Shown: positions 48,565 through 62,751, counted from the first letter of the stretch. The stretch: DNA of 64,000 nt from Basidiobolus meristosporus CBS 931.73 (GCA_002104905.1 MCFE01000015.1:62001-126000); one strand, 5' to 3'. Numbers and translations: made by a program. The notes: a model not told the origin generated them from the sequence alone.

Positions 48565-50717
48565 TAGGGTACTTATTCTTCACGGTAACTGAGTTGAGGG
48601 CTTTGTAGTCAATGTACATCCTAAGTTTTCCATCCTTCTTCTTGACAAAAAGTACTGGTGCTCCCCAAGGTGACTTGTTGGTCTGATATATCCTTGCTCC
48701 AGTAACTGGTCTATTTGTCTCCTCATCTCTTCCAACTCCAATGGACTCATTCTGTAAGGTGTCTTACTCACTGGAGGGTTATATCCTGCTTCAATGGCAT
48801 TATTCATGTCTCTGACTGGTGGTAGGCTTACAAGCTCATCTGGGAAAACATCTGAACATTTCTTCAAAAGAGTCTGGACCTTCTGGGGCACTAGAGTAGA
48901 GGAATCCTCATGTAATACTGCCATGAAGAATATCTGGGTGCCTCTTCTTAGAACTCTACAGAACTGTGTCCTGCTAAGTTCACTTGTTTCACACACACTG
49001 GAACTGACCAAGTTAAAATCCAGTCTGGCAGGTAATAGCTCTTAGGTATTGTTCTCCTTCTGGATCTGAGTGGCATGGGTTCTCCAGTTGATTGATGGAG
49101 TGCAACAAAATAGCCAGGTTTTTCCAAGTACATGGTCAAACTTGCAGTACCCAAATATATAGGCCTGTAGATCTTCTTCATAGTCATTGATGTTCATCCT
49201 TACTGGCTGAGTAATACGGTTGACTATGTGGGAGTTCCCATCAGCTGTTGAGACTGAAGTTGATGTGACGGGTTCCAAGTTGATTCCAGCTTTCAAAGCA
49301 AATTTCTCTGACATGTACTCATGTGATGCTCCTGAGTCACCCATGATCTTGGCAGGTACTCCATTGATTACTCCATTCAAGTATCATAGCTTTCCTGAGT
49401 TAGAGGTCATCTGCAATAGGTATTCTTCTGTCATATGGAAGGTGAGTTCTGAGTCCTCAAGTTCATTCTCCATGTTACTAAGCTCCAGGGCTTCAATATA
49501 GCTAAGGCTCTCAATGGCTGATGTCCATTTCTTCTCTGTGGGCAGTACTTTGCAATATGTCCCTGCTGATGGCAATTGAAGCAAAGTCCTTTCTTCTTAC
49601 AATCTTCTGAGGTAGGATTCTTCTGCATAGTGTCTATTCTCATTGGAACTGCTTCTGATTGTCTTCTTTCATAGTGATTGTAACGTCTCTAACTTGTCAT
49701 TGTGGGCTTCCCAACTCCAAACATAGCTGAGTCATAGTCAATAGCAATCTTGATGGCTTCTTCAATAGACTGAGTTCTTCAATAATTCACTTCCTTACAA
49801 GTTCTTTCTTTTGACTTGTCAATGAAGTATTCAACTTGATCCAGAGGGTCCATTCTTTCAATTTGTCCAAGTAGACATCATTATTCATATATGTACTCTT
49901 GGACCATTCCTTTCTGTCTGAGTGTCTTCAACTTTCTTCTTAGTAGTGTCTGTTAGTGTGGGGGTTCAAAGGCATCCTGAATTTCCAACACAAACTCATC
50001 CCAGGTAGAGATTGTATAGCATCCCATCATAGTGGCTGACCTGATCTTTTTGTGGTACCACTGTAAAGCTACATCTGCCAGGTAAGAGGCTGCATGATGT
50101 AACTTGCTTTCTGGAGCAACTGCCTTAGGACTGAAAGCTTCTCCAATCTGGATGATCCAAGTTCCCAGGTTTTCATTGACTCTACCATGGTACCAGTTGA
50201 CCTTCACACTAAAGTTGCCCTTGACAGGGCTTTGCTGGTTCTGAGCCATGGTAGTCATTCCTTGTTGCTGTTGGCTTAGGATCTGGAGTAACTGTTGCCG
50301 TTGGACCAGGATTTGCTGCATGGCATTCTTCCATTCTTGATTGTCCAACATCTTGAGGGCGGTTTCTTCTTTCTTCAGGAGGGAGGTTTCTGGTTATTGC
50401 TGCTACCAATGTTACAAGTCTTGGTATAAGAGTTGTACAGGAACAGGGAGTTTAGCTAGTATTGTATTCACTAAAACTTGAACCAATTTTTATTGAGATT
50501 CCTGCAGTTCCTTAAATATATTTTGCAAGATCAATTGCAGACTAATTATATTTCCAAATATAGGCTGTGGCAGATGACTCATTTGATTGGATTGTCATCA
50601 CACAATAAGATCCTACCTAATAGATTGATTTCTGTCTGACAAGGATCTGCTGATTCATTTGCTAACAAATGCTACTGATTTGATAGATAATACTGATATA
50701 CTGATAGGCTAAACATA

Positions 50718-53700
50718 TGTTATGATCTGCTGCTTGAATGTTTAAGTTAGATCAGTTTTTAGTCAAATCAATGAGTATATGTTTAGGTTATCAGTATATC
50801 AGTATTATCTATGAAATCAGTAGCATTAGGCAGCAAATGAATTAGCAGATCCTTATCAGACAGAGATAGATGTATTAAGTAGGATCTTATTGGGTGATGA
50901 TGATGCAATCAAATGAGTCATCAGCCACAACCTACATTAGGAAATACAATCAGTCAGCAATTGATCTAGCAAAAATGTATACAAGGAGCTGCTGGAACCT
51001 CAATAAAATCAGTTCAAGTTTTAGTGAATACAATACCAGCTAAACTCCCTATTCCTCTACAACTCCTATACCAAGACTTGTAACATAGGTAGCAGCAATA
51101 ACCAGAAACCTCCCTCCTGAAGAAAGAAGAAACTGCCCTCAAGATGTTGGACAATCAAGAATGGAAGAATGCCATGCAGCAAATCCTGGCCCAACGGCAA
51201 CAGTTACTCCAGATCCTTAGCCAACAGCAACAAGGAATGGCTACCATGGCTCAGAACCAGTAAAGCCCTGTTAAGAGCAACCTTAGTGTGAAGGTCAACT
51301 GTTACCATGGCAGAATCAATGAAAACCTGGGAACATGGCTCTTTCAGATTGAAGAAGCTTTTAAAGCTAAAGGAATTGCTCCAGAAAGCATGTTACATTA
51401 TGCAGCTTCATACCAGGCAGATGCAGCTTTACAGTGATACCACAGCAAGATCAGGTCAGCCATTATGATGGGATGCTCTACAATCTCCACCTGGGATGAG
51501 TTTGTGTTGGAAATTCAGGATGCTTTTGAAACTCCACACCAGCAGACACTACTAAGAAGGAAGCTAAAGACACTCAGACAGAAAGGAATGGTTCAAGAAT
51601 ACATCTATGAGTACAGATGTCACTTGGACAAATTGAAAAAATGGACCCCCTGGATCAAGTTGAATACTTTATTGATGGATTGAAAGAAAGAACTTGCAAG
51701 GAAGTGAATTATCAAAGACCTCAGACTATAGAAGAAGCCAGCAAGATTGCCATTGACTATGACTCAGCTATGTTTGGAGTTGGGAAGCCTACAGTGACTG
51801 ATCAGAAAGGCTACAATTGCTATGAAAAAAGACAGTCAGAAGCAGTGCCAATGGAAATAGACACTATGCAGAAGAATCCTACCTCAGAAGAATGTAAGAA
51901 GAAAGGACTTTGCTTCAATTGCCACCAGCAAGGACATATTGCAAAGTACTGCCCACAGAGAAGAAATGGACACCAGCCAATAAGAACCTTCAACCATATT
52001 GAGTCCCATGAGCACAGTAATGTGGAAGATGAGCGGGAAGAAGACTTGGAACTCACCTTCCATATAACAGAAGAGTACTTGTCCCAAATGACCTCAAACT
52101 CAGGGAAGTTATTGTACTTAAATGGAGTAATCAATGGAGTACCTGCCAAAATCATGATTGACTCAGGAGCATTGCATGAGTACATGTCAGAGCTATTTGC
52201 CATGAAAGCTGGAATCAACTTGGAACCTACCAAATCAACTTCAGTCTCCACAGCTGATGGGAACTCTCACATAATCAGCCTTATTACCCAGCCAGTGAGA
52301 AAGAAGATCAATGACTATGAAGAAGACCTACAGGCTTATTTATTTGGGAACTGCAAGTTTGACCTTATACTTGGAAAAACCTGGCTATTTTGTTGTAATC
52401 CATCAATCAAGTGGAGAACCCATGCCACTCAGATCTAAAAGGACAACAAGACCTATGATCTATTGCCTGCCAGGCTGGATTTTAACTTGGTCAATTCTAG
52501 TATGTGTGAAACAAGTAAGCTTAGCAAGACCCAGTTCTGTAGAGCACTTAGAAAAGGTACTCAGATGTTCTTCATGGCGGTATTATAGGAGGATTCCACT
52601 ACCCCAGCGCCCCAGCAGGTCCAGACTCTCTTGAAGAAATATTCAGACGTGTTTCCATGTGAGCTTGTAAGCTTACCGCCAGTCAGATACGTGGATCATG
52701 CCATTGACACAGGAGATAGCCCTCCAGTGAGCAAGACACCTTACAGAATGAGTCCATTGGAATTGGAGGAAATGAAGAGACAAATTGATCAGCTATTGGA
52801 ACAAGGATACATCAGACACAGCAAGTCACCTTGGGGAGCACCAGGGCTTTTTGTGAAAAAGAAAAAGTGGAACACTTAGGATGCGCAATGACTACAGTGC
52901 CCTGAACTCAGTTACCATCAAGAATAAGTACCCCATACCTTGGATTGATGAGCTTTTGGACCAACTTAATGGAGCCAATATTTTCAGCAAGATTGACCTC
53001 ATGTCATGATACACCCAGATTAGGGTGAAGCCAGAAGACATCCCTAAGACAGCATTCAGGACCAGATATGGACATTACAAGTACTTAGTTGTGAGTTTTG
53101 GCCTCACCAATGCCCCTGCAACTTTCATGACCCTGATGCAGACTGTCTTCCAGGAGTACTTAGACATGTTTGTCATAATCTACCTAGATGATACGCTGAT
53201 ATACAGCAAGACAGAAGAGGATCACTTGGTGCACATTGAAAAGGTCTTGAAGAAGCTAAGAGAGAGCCAGCTTTATGGCAAGCTACCCAAGTGTGAGTTC
53301 TTCAAGGAACACATTGAATATCTGGGACACATAGTGACTAGCACAGGAGTAACCTTAGACCCTAAGAAGGTGGAAGCAATCAAGAATCTGAAGCAGCCCC
53401 ATAGCATATCAGAGCTTAGATCATTCCTTGGAATGGTTTTGTATTATTGGAGATTTGTCAAGTCATTTGCAAGTATTGCAGCCCCTTTAATTGATATCCT
53501 CAAGAAAGACAATACCTACAAGTGGGGCATAGCTTGTGAGACTGCCTTCCAGACACTCAACAATGAACTTGCTAAGCTACCAAGTTTAAGAATTCAGACT
53601 TCAGAAAAGAGTTCACTTAATGCACAGATGCTTCAGATTATGCAATTGGTGGAGTGCTGAGCCAGGAACACAAGGGAAAGGACTACCCTGTTGCCTTTGA

Positions 53701-55655
53701 ATCTAAGAAACTGAACTCAGCTGAACAAAACTATCCAGTCCATGAGAAGGAGATGCTTGCTATAATACACTGTTTGAAGACATGGAGATGCTATATTGAA
53801 GGAGTCAACTGCACTGTGAAGACTGACCATGCCTCATTCAACTATATATTTACTCGGAAGGTACTCTCTAGAAGAATGACAAGATGGAGTGAATACATTC
53901 AGCAATTTGACCTGGAGATTGTCTACTGCCTTGGAAAAACCAAAGCGGTTGCTGATGCCTTATCAAGATTAGATCAAGTTGCACAACTCAACTTGGTGCA
54001 TGAATCAGATTGGCCTAGTATATTACCAAAGTACTTGGAGGACCAAGCCATTCCTAATGAGGTGGATGAAGATATCAAGAAGATAATCCATGATGAAGCC
54101 AGCAAATTTGTAGTAGAGGATGAAACACTCTACCAAATTGTTGATGGAAGCCCTATTGCCTATTGCCCTTATGTTTCTTGCCTGGATTTAATACATAAGC
54201 AACACAATGGATATGGACATGTTGGAATTGAAGGAACCTATAGTCTTGTGAAAGCCAGAGCATGGTGGCCCAGAATGATACAAGACATTGAGAAGTTAGT
54301 AAAAGCATGCCCAAATTGCCAAATCAATCAAGGCCAGCCACAAAGAATTGCCAAACACTTCCCTTTGGAGCCTGTAGGACCATTTGAAAGATGGGGAATT
54401 GACTTTATTGGAAGACTGCCAAACACCAGGAAATGCAACCATTGGATCCTAGTTGCAATTGACCATGCCACTAAATGGCCAGTTGCTAAAGCTGTACCAA
54501 TAGCCAGTGAACAAGAAGTTGCAAGTTTCATTTACCATGAGATCCGAATGAAGTTTGGATGCCCTGTGGAGATCTTATCTGATAGAGGAGCAAACTTTAT
54601 GGCAAAGACATTAGAGGCTTACCTGGAAATGCAGCAGATCAGACACTTGAAAACCTTTGCATATAACCCCGGAACTAATGGAGTCACTGAGCGGTTTAAT
54701 GGATTATTTGGAAAAATGCTGACCAAGTATGCAAATGAAGTTGTCAGTAGATGGGATGAGTATATAGACCAAGCACTCTTTGCATGCAGAGTCAAAGTAT
54801 ACAACACCACCCAGCAATCACCATTTTACTTAGTGTATGGATGTGAACAAATGATTCCAGGATATCTCACACAACCAAAGCTTACAGACACCCTAGAAGA
54901 TGAACTCAGTCAGCCAAGCAGACACCAGCAACTGGAATAAAGACATCAAGAGGCACAGACCAAAGTATCTCAAAGTGCAGAAAAGATGAAGCAGAGATTT
55001 GATAATACTATAGCACCAGAAGCATTGAGAGTTGGGAACTTTGTGTTGCTAAGAAACAACACTTGCAAGATGTTTGAGTCACAATGGACAGGACCATTCA
55101 AGATCATCAGAGAATGTCCATTTGCAACTGACCAACTGGTGGACAAACAAGGCAATATCCAGGAAGACTTAGTGCATAGGGACTGACTCAAGCTTGCAAG
55201 ACTTGCTGATACTACTGAACCATCAAGATATTGGTATCACAAGAAAAAAGATTCAGGGGAACCCTCTCAACTTTAGTAGGGGAGAATGTTATGATCTGCT
55301 GCTTGAATGTTCAAGTTAGATCAGTTTTTAGTCAAATCAATGAGTATATGTTTAGGTTATCAGTATATCAGTATTATCTATGAATTCAGTAGCATTAGTC
55401 AGCAAATGAATTAGCAGATCCTTATCAGACAGAAATAGATATATTAAGTGGGATCTTATCGGGTGATGATGATGAAATCAAATGAATCATCAGCCACAAC
55501 CTACATTAGGAAATACAATTAGTCAGCAATTGATCTGGCAAAAATGTATATAAGGAGCTGCTGGCACCTCAATAAAAATCAGTTCAAGTTTTAGTGAATA
55601 CAATACTAGCTAAACTCCCTATTCCTCTACAACTCTTATACCAAGACTTGTAACA
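50718..55655 (+). mobile_element. Ty3/gypsy element C (same family as B), full-length and decayed; LTRs 50718-51085 and 55287-55655; inserted in B's 5' LTR in the opposite orientation
   Basis: TGTTATG...GTAACA LTRs (15 substitutions and 1 indel by eye), 4-bp TSD CATA (50714-50717 / 55656-55659), PBS-like TAGGTAGCAGC, CFNCHQQGHIAKYC, IDSG, YLDD, integrase, PPT AGTAGGGGAGAA. Confidence 0.92.
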
Positions 55656-57701
55656 CATATAACTAGTTGATTTGGCTAAAAACCAATCTAACTTAAACAT
55701 TCAAGTGGTAGATCATAACACCACTGCTTTTACTGAAATTTTCCCTCTGCTAAAAAGTGGGATAGATTTAACTACTAAGTGTGAAAGGTGAAGATGAAGA
55801 TGCTGCTACTGGGATGAGACCTTTAGAGTATTTTCATAGAAGTAGAATGGTCCTCTAAAAATGTGGGGGAGGAATCCTCAAGGTACCAGAAGAACCAACA
55901 AGGTGACTTTTCTGTATTCACCTTAATGCTGAAACAAATTACTTATTCAATGCTTGAGAGCAAAAACAGCAAAGAATTTCTGAAGGCATTAGAAGATACA
56001 CAACTGTCATGTTCAGCTAAAATGAGACTGTATCTTAGACAAATATTCTTAACTCCAATGATGTAGCCAGGAAGAGTGATGAAAAACTTAATCACATCAT
56101 TTACCCTGCTGGTCAGTGAGATGGAATCTGCAAGCATACCAAGTACTGATGAGGATGTGATAGTTATCAACCTGATTAGCCTGACAAGCAATTTCCAAGG
56201 CTCTGTATTAGGCCTAGAGTCCAGACCTGAAAATTTGAACTTAAATAACATATATGGAAGGTTCCTGGATGAAGAACTAAAAAACAAAGTGCAAATATGA
56301 AGGAAGACAAAAATGCTGTAATAAGCAAGGATAACAAACAAAGGAGGTTCCCAGGACCCTACAAAGGCAGCAGCAACTAGCCTTGCAACCACTGCAAAAG
56401 GAAAAGATACTGATTAGACTGATGCTTCAGAAAGAGAGATAATGAGCAAAAGTAGCCTATACATGGAAATGCTACTACAACAAAACTATATATGGCCACA
56501 AACAAGGATTCTTAGACATATTATGTATGTTCTGGAGTATTTTAACAATTTACACACCAAAATGAACATTTACCCAATATCATGATTTGCAATTAAGAAA
56601 GTTTTTATTGGTAACAGTAGGTCACTTGTGGCAGTAGGAGAAGGAACTATACAGCTCAACCTTGGTAGTGGTGGAGGAAGTCATACCTGTACCATAAGTG
56701 GGATGAAGTATGTAATCATGCTTATTGATGATCATTTCAGATACACATGGGTCTACTTCAAGGAAAGAAAGGAAGAAGCTATATTGAAGTTCAGGGAGTG
56801 TAAGGCCATGACTAAGAGAGAAACTGGTGAAAAATCAAAAATGCACTCTGTGGCAACAGTATAAAATATACCACAAAACTTTTCATCCACTGCTGCAAAA
56901 CTCATAGGTTATGCATGAGGCTACTGTACTCTATGTCCTGGAGCACAACAGAGTGACAGAATGTGCAAACAGATCAACAACTAATATGGCAGGATCATGG
57001 ATCCATGATCAAGAGTTATCCTATTATTATTTGGTGGAATCAGTGGCCACACATATACAACTTAAAAAAAAGTCATCACAGAGTACTTTGTGAGTCTATA
57101 CCATTTAATGCATATTATGGATACAGTTCATGTTGAAATAATTCAGGAATATTTGGTGTTCAGCATATGCTAAGAAACTGCCAGGAGATCAGCAAAAATA
57201 TGAGCCAAAAAGTGTGAATTGCATATTTCAAGTCTATTGCAACAAGAGTAAAGCAAACTGACACTAGAATATCAAAGCAAAGAAGCTCATTTGGTATCAG
57301 GATGTGCTGTTTGATGAAAATTCAAAACTTTGACAAATAGTGTGAGCTTTAGTATTACTGCCATTTACTAGTATCTCTCTAGATAGCCTGAAAGGATAAT
57401 CCAGCAGCATTTGTTAATAGAGTACTTGTTGGATGAGAATCTATCAAGTGATAAGGCAAAAGAAAGGCTGTACATACCTTCAAAGTAGCCCTTGATTCAT
57501 TGTTTCTTGTAATGTTTGTCATTGGATATAACAAAGGGGCTTGTCAATAATTAAAACTAAACGGTATACTGAGTAGCTTTATATTATAGGTGTGATCAAC
57601 TTGCTATTGGAATTACTTGGAATATATTCACCAAAACATCAGGTACACAAAACATGAAAATTTTCTAAATTGTCTAAACAGCCACATGTAGAATCATAAC
57701 C

Positions 57702-59170
57702 TGCTGTAAGAGTCTTGGAGATATTGGAAGTGATTGGGAGAACAAGTAGATTATGTGGTTTTCACTTAATGATTTATTGAATGTAAAAGTAGTATTTATA
57801 CTTTTACCTGGTCTTGGCATTACAAACATGTAGAATAGGCTAAGAAAGGTCCCAAGAACATGTGTGCAGAGTATGGGGCTGTTTGAACAATATTGAGAAT
57901 TTTCATGTTCTCAGTACCTACTATTTTTGTGAAAATATTCAGTAAATCCCAACAAGGATTTTGGGCAGTATTCTCTAGGATTTAGAGGTAATGATCCAAG
58001 TGACTAAGTTAGGTGAATATTTAGGTGGAATTACAAATTTGTAAAACACTACCACTCAATTAAAAGTTTGTTCTGACTAGTCCTAACTTTGACCTATAAT
58101 ATTTAAACTTGTCTCTAAATAATGGTTTAGTAAATATGCCTGCAGACATTGCATTAATAGGACTGTAAGCTGAGTTATCTAAGTTATTCTCTACAGCTTC
58201 ATGTATAAAATGATGACTAATGATTATTTACTTAGTTCTGGCATAAAAAGTTGGGCCTTTACCTAATATTATACATCCTTGATTATCTTGAAATAAAGTA
58301 ATAGATGCATTTGACCAAAGCCTAAACCTTGAAAAGCTTCCTTAACCACATTGCCTCCTATGTGGCTTCACAGGCTACCATATACTCTGCCTCTGTGGTA
58401 TAAATTAATACAGTTGGTTGCTTCCTTGAGTTCCATGAAATGCTCCTTAACATAATGAAAGGTTTATCCTCTGGTGTATCTTCTGTGTTCCAGATCTTAT
58501 CCCCAATCAGCATCAGAGTATCCCACACAATCCAGTTCTGAATCCTTATCAGTGTATCTTAAGCAGATATCAGCAGTTCCTTTTAGGTATTGAAGAATTC
58601 ACTTAACTGCTGCAATATGATCAGATCTATAGTTCTGTTTATGCTTGGTGACAACTCCCACTGACTATGCAATGCTTGGACATGTTCCATGCATGATATA
58701 CATCAGATTGCCAACCATAGATTGACAAGTAAAGTTGGGGCTTTCAGATGACACCAAGCTCTCCTGATTTGGGTAAGTTTTGACTTAGCAAAGATCTGTT
58801 TCCGTTGGGGTAGCTACCAGTTTACAGTCTTCCATTTGATACTTCTTCAGTGTATCTTGGATATACTTGGATTGTCTTAGGGTGATAGTCTGGGTACTCT
58901 CTGTCTATGGAGAACTTTATCCCTGAGTAGGAACTGAGTTCTCCCAGATCAGACATCTTGAGCTCTTTAGATAGGCTGGATTTAGTCACTATCAATGTTT
59001 TGAGGTTATTGGTGGCTATAAAAAGCTCACCCACATTTAGATCTAATAAAACCGTATTTGCCCTATCTAGCTTATAGTAGACACTATAGTCAGCACTACT
59101 CCTTTGGAAACACAAAGATTCCAAATTAGAATCTATTTTGCAAATCCAGGCTCTTGGTGATCCCTATGAA
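57702..59170 (-). mobile_element. Copia fragment F2 (same family as F1): RT end, RNase H, PPT, LTR 57702-58047
   Basis: Its reverse complement matches 29304-30232 (HIAAVK..YLKGTADICL..GYSDAD). Confidence 0.87.
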
Positions 59171-59656
59171 AAACAATTGTAGTGATCCCATCAAAAGGCC
59201 ATCACAAACTTAATGTCCCATGACCAAGAGGTACTGATCCTGCCAGGACACTGCCCAGAAACCATTGAATAATAATTGCACCCCAAGTTTAACAAAAAAC
59301 TTAGTAAACATTTTCATCACAGCAATATATAAGAGGATTTTAATTGGTTCCCTGCCAATTTAGTCACTTTCTGATCTTCAACACTCTATCACCTCCTACC
59401 TTTGTGTGCATTAATTGGCAATTGCCTCTTTTCCACACTCCTTACTTCCTGACTCCACTGTTTTTCTTACTTTTTGTACATACAAATTGATCTAGTTCTG
59501 TTGAAGCTTCAGTTATACCTCAATTGTCAATTGTATTGACCTATTCAAGTCCCTATAACCTACACTAACATGGAGCCCAACCCCACACTTAACAAGTAGC
59601 TTCATTAAAATTCACCACTAAATAAGTATTTTGACTCTAATGCTGTGACAACACAA

Positions 59657-60282
59657 CTATGGCAGGAGCCCTACAGCTTTATGCCACTGTTCATTCACTG
59701 GTTCCCATATGTCCTGGTCTTCAGCCAGCACTGCAAGGTCTGGTACCTCATCTGCCAGTCTTTGCAATAAATCCTTGCAATATTTCAGTGCATTTTCTTG
59801 CACACTGCTCTTGAAGAAGTGCTGCATCCTCTTGGTGTGCCTATTGATGTTCCAAAATTCCACAGAAGGCATCATGATAATCTTTTGAGTTCTTGACATT
59901 GTAGCTTTGTCTGTCAGTAGGTTCTCCACTCTGTCAACAATTGAGGATGTGGAGGCTATGGTAGACAAATTGCTTTTTTCTGTAAACTCATCTACCTTGC
60001 TACAAAGTAGCTCAACTGGCTCTGCTTCCAGCTCTTGTGAAAACAGCTGCTTTCTTGTGGGTAATTCTTCTTGGGTATGATAGGATTTAGTCTGTTCTAG
60101 GCTTGCAGCATTAATTGGCAAGAACTGCAATTTTTTTTGCAGGCTTCCCTGTCTAAGGCTTGGGTAAACATTGTTTCCTTTACTGTTACCTTTGTCACTA
60201 CCAGGTCTTTCACTGCTGCTTTGCCTAAGTGCTTTTGGTTATGTACTTCATTTTCTCCTTGATATACTCTGCTCTGACACAT
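59657..60282 (-). pseudogene. CpG-poor ORF remnant of unknown origin
   Basis: ORFs 60097-60282 and 59657-60130 join through a single indel in an A8 run (60131-60138). No motif recognised. Confidence 0.35.
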
Positions 60283-60361
60283 CTACTTTGGCCTGCTTGT
60301 CCCTTGCCGGCACTCTTTTGGTAACCTGACATTTCTTTCCCACTTATTTCAAGCTCTCAAC

Positions 60362-60728
60362 TGCATAATCTGCTGCTTGAATGTTTAAGTTAGATCAGTT
60401 TTGAGTTGAATCAATGAGTTATAGGTTTAGCTTATCAATATATCATTATTATCTATCAAATTAGTAGCAGTAGTCAGCAAATGGATCAGCAAATTGTTAT
60501 CAGACAGAAATAGATATACAAAGTAGGATCTTTTTGGGGGATGATGATGCAATCAGATGAGTCATCAGCCACAGCCTACATTAGGAAATACAATTAGTCA
60601 GCAATTGATCTGAAAGAATGTATATAAGGAGATGCTGGAAACTCAATAAAGATCAGTTCAAGTTTAGTGAGTACAATACTGGCTAAACTCCCTATTCCTC
60701 AACAACTCTTATACCAAGACTTGTAACA
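60362..60728 (+). repeat. B/C-family LTR fused to an integrase-tail remnant (60729-about 60850); flanks CAAC/GACT are not a TSD
   Basis: Aligns end to end with 50718-51085. Confidence 0.88.
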
Positions 60729-60899
60729 GACTATATCACCAGACTCATTGACAGTTGGGAACTTTGTATTGCTGAGTGACGTTGCTGGGAAGAAGTTTGA
60801 GCAACCATGGACAGGATCTTTAAGATCATCAGATAAATTGCAACTAGTGGATGTATATGTTACCAGCAGTACAAGGTATATGGCATCTTTGAAAGTATC

Positions 60900-62740
60900 A
60901 CATTAAGAAGTCATAATGTTGAGGTGATAGAAGTATGTCAATTGTGGCAGGTGTGCGTGTTTGTCAAGGTCAGCAAACAGGAGGCCATAATTTTTTTGGA
61001 TTTGAGCTATATGTGGAACACACAAGGTAGTAGTGGGTAAGCAAATAAAGAAAGATGATTCTACAGTGGAATATATGAATTGCACAACCTTTATGATGTC
61101 TCCAAATGGGATCCTGATGGCTGACCTGGATTTCATCCACTCATGGGACAAACTTACTTCTCATAGAAGATTGTTTCAGTCCATATAGAGATTTTTAAGC
61201 CAGCAGACCAAATGGGGATTACCTTGGTCAGCAAACCCATCTGGCTGGTCCATTTATATGTCCTCACCAAGTTCTCCATTCAAAAATGCTGTTTTTGCAT
61301 CCATTTGATGAATAAAAAACTTATAACTGGCTGCAATAGCCTGTATTAATATGATGGAATTAAACTTGACTTCCAGTGCAAAGCTGTTGGTAGAGTCAAG
61401 TCCCTATGCTTGAGAGTATTCCTTGCCCACAAGTTTGACTATAGATTGTTTTATTTTTCCATCATCCTTTTATTTTGTCTTAACAATCCTTTGGCATCAC
61501 ATTGATTTTTGGTTGATTGGTAATTTGACTAAGTCCCAAGTTTGATTTTCCATTAAGTCCTGATACTACTCAGGCATTACAAATCTCCAAATCTTTGTCT
61601 GAGGAATGTTCAAGGTTGCTTTTACGGCCTGGGGCTTAATAATATGGACTGAACAGGCATAGGCTAAGTTTGTACTATCAATGATATAGAAATATGAGCT
61701 ATCTCTTTTGTGGTTGAATCCCAGGCATTTTATAGTGAAATGTTCATCTCTGGCATATTCCTGGGCACTGCTTCAGACTGAACTATGGCTTTAGAGGCCT
61801 CTGCAGTGAAAAAATTTTCATTGTTTCCTCTTATTCAATCCAGTCAATTAGTGGACTTGAGATCAGATTTTTGTCATCATTTCATGTCATTTATTGTGAA
61901 GATTTCTAATTTTCTTCAAAAACATATCCCTAGCCTTAGTTGGCTTCTTTGAGTTGGTATTGTAGAGTCTGTATGTTTTACTCTTGTTGCAGTAGCCCAA
62001 GAATATGCTTATTATACTTTTTGGCTTGGACTTTTGCTGATATATGGGCAGTTTCTTAGCATATGTTGTGCACCCAGATATTCTTATATGTTCAACACTT
62101 GTACTGTCTCCACACCATGCTCCAAATAAAGCTTAATCACAAAGTATTCTGTACACTTATTCCATTGTGCCATTGATCATAGTGCCAGAAAGTGCTGTAT
62201 ATCTTGCTATTAATTTGATATTTTAGGGTCATGTGCATGTCAATTTTGATCCCAAATGGGCACTTTCTGGCACCATCTGTCACTCTTTGGCATGATCAGG
62301 CACCATCTGGCATGCTATGGCGCTATTGGGCACTATGTTCAGCTGGAATGATGGAACAAGTCTTGTTAAAACTCAAGTTTTTACTGTATACAGCTGTGGC
62401 AAATGATTCTTCCCAAAATTCATAGGATAGTTTTGATCATACATCATAGATCTTGCTCTATCAATTATTGATCAGCTTGTGTGTTCTGCTACTCCATGTT
62501 GCTGTGAGGTGTAAGGTATATTAGTCACTTGTGTAATCCCATGAGTTTTGCAGAAGTGGGTGAGGAGTTTTGAGTTATTTTCTCCACCATTGTCAGAATA
62601 TGTTTTCTTGATTTTTTCAGCAATTTTTCTCTCCATCGTTGGTTTAAGCTCCCCTGAGCTTAGACAGTGCTTCTTCCTTTCTCTCCATGAAGTAGACTCA
62701 GGTGTATCATGTATAATCATCAATAAAAGTAATTAAATAA
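60900..62740 (-). mobile_element. Decayed copia fragment(s): integrase core and RT N-terminus
   Basis: SDNGGE..QQHGVAEH integrase; HQMDAKTAFLNGEL RT. Confidence 0.75.
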
Positions 62741-62751
62741 GTTACAATATG

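Larger units (their letters stand above)
39068..55720 (-). mobile_element. Ty3/gypsy element B, decayed and full-length: 5' LTR split 55660-55720 + 50410-50717, PBS TGGTAGCAGC, gag-pol, PPT, 3' LTR 39068-39436; hosts elements A and C
   Basis: Gag knuckle, DSGASHEYM protease, RT interrupted at KNKYP|IPQID, RNase H TDASDHGIG, integrase; CTTTAGTGGGGAGAA PPT. Flanks CTAC/CCAC are a probable 4-bp TSD with one mismatch. Confidence 0.88.
38632..57690 (+). mobile_element. Decayed copia D, split by gypsy B: 5' LTR about 38632-39025 and PBS-like GGCTATAAGCCTC; resumes at 55721 with gag, protease and integrase remnants; LTR fragment about 57590-57685
   Basis: The LTR resembles 29884-30232. After 55721 come a UBN2-like gag (55863-56300) and the integrase segment IDDHFRYTWVYF (about 56720). 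Confidence 0.65.
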
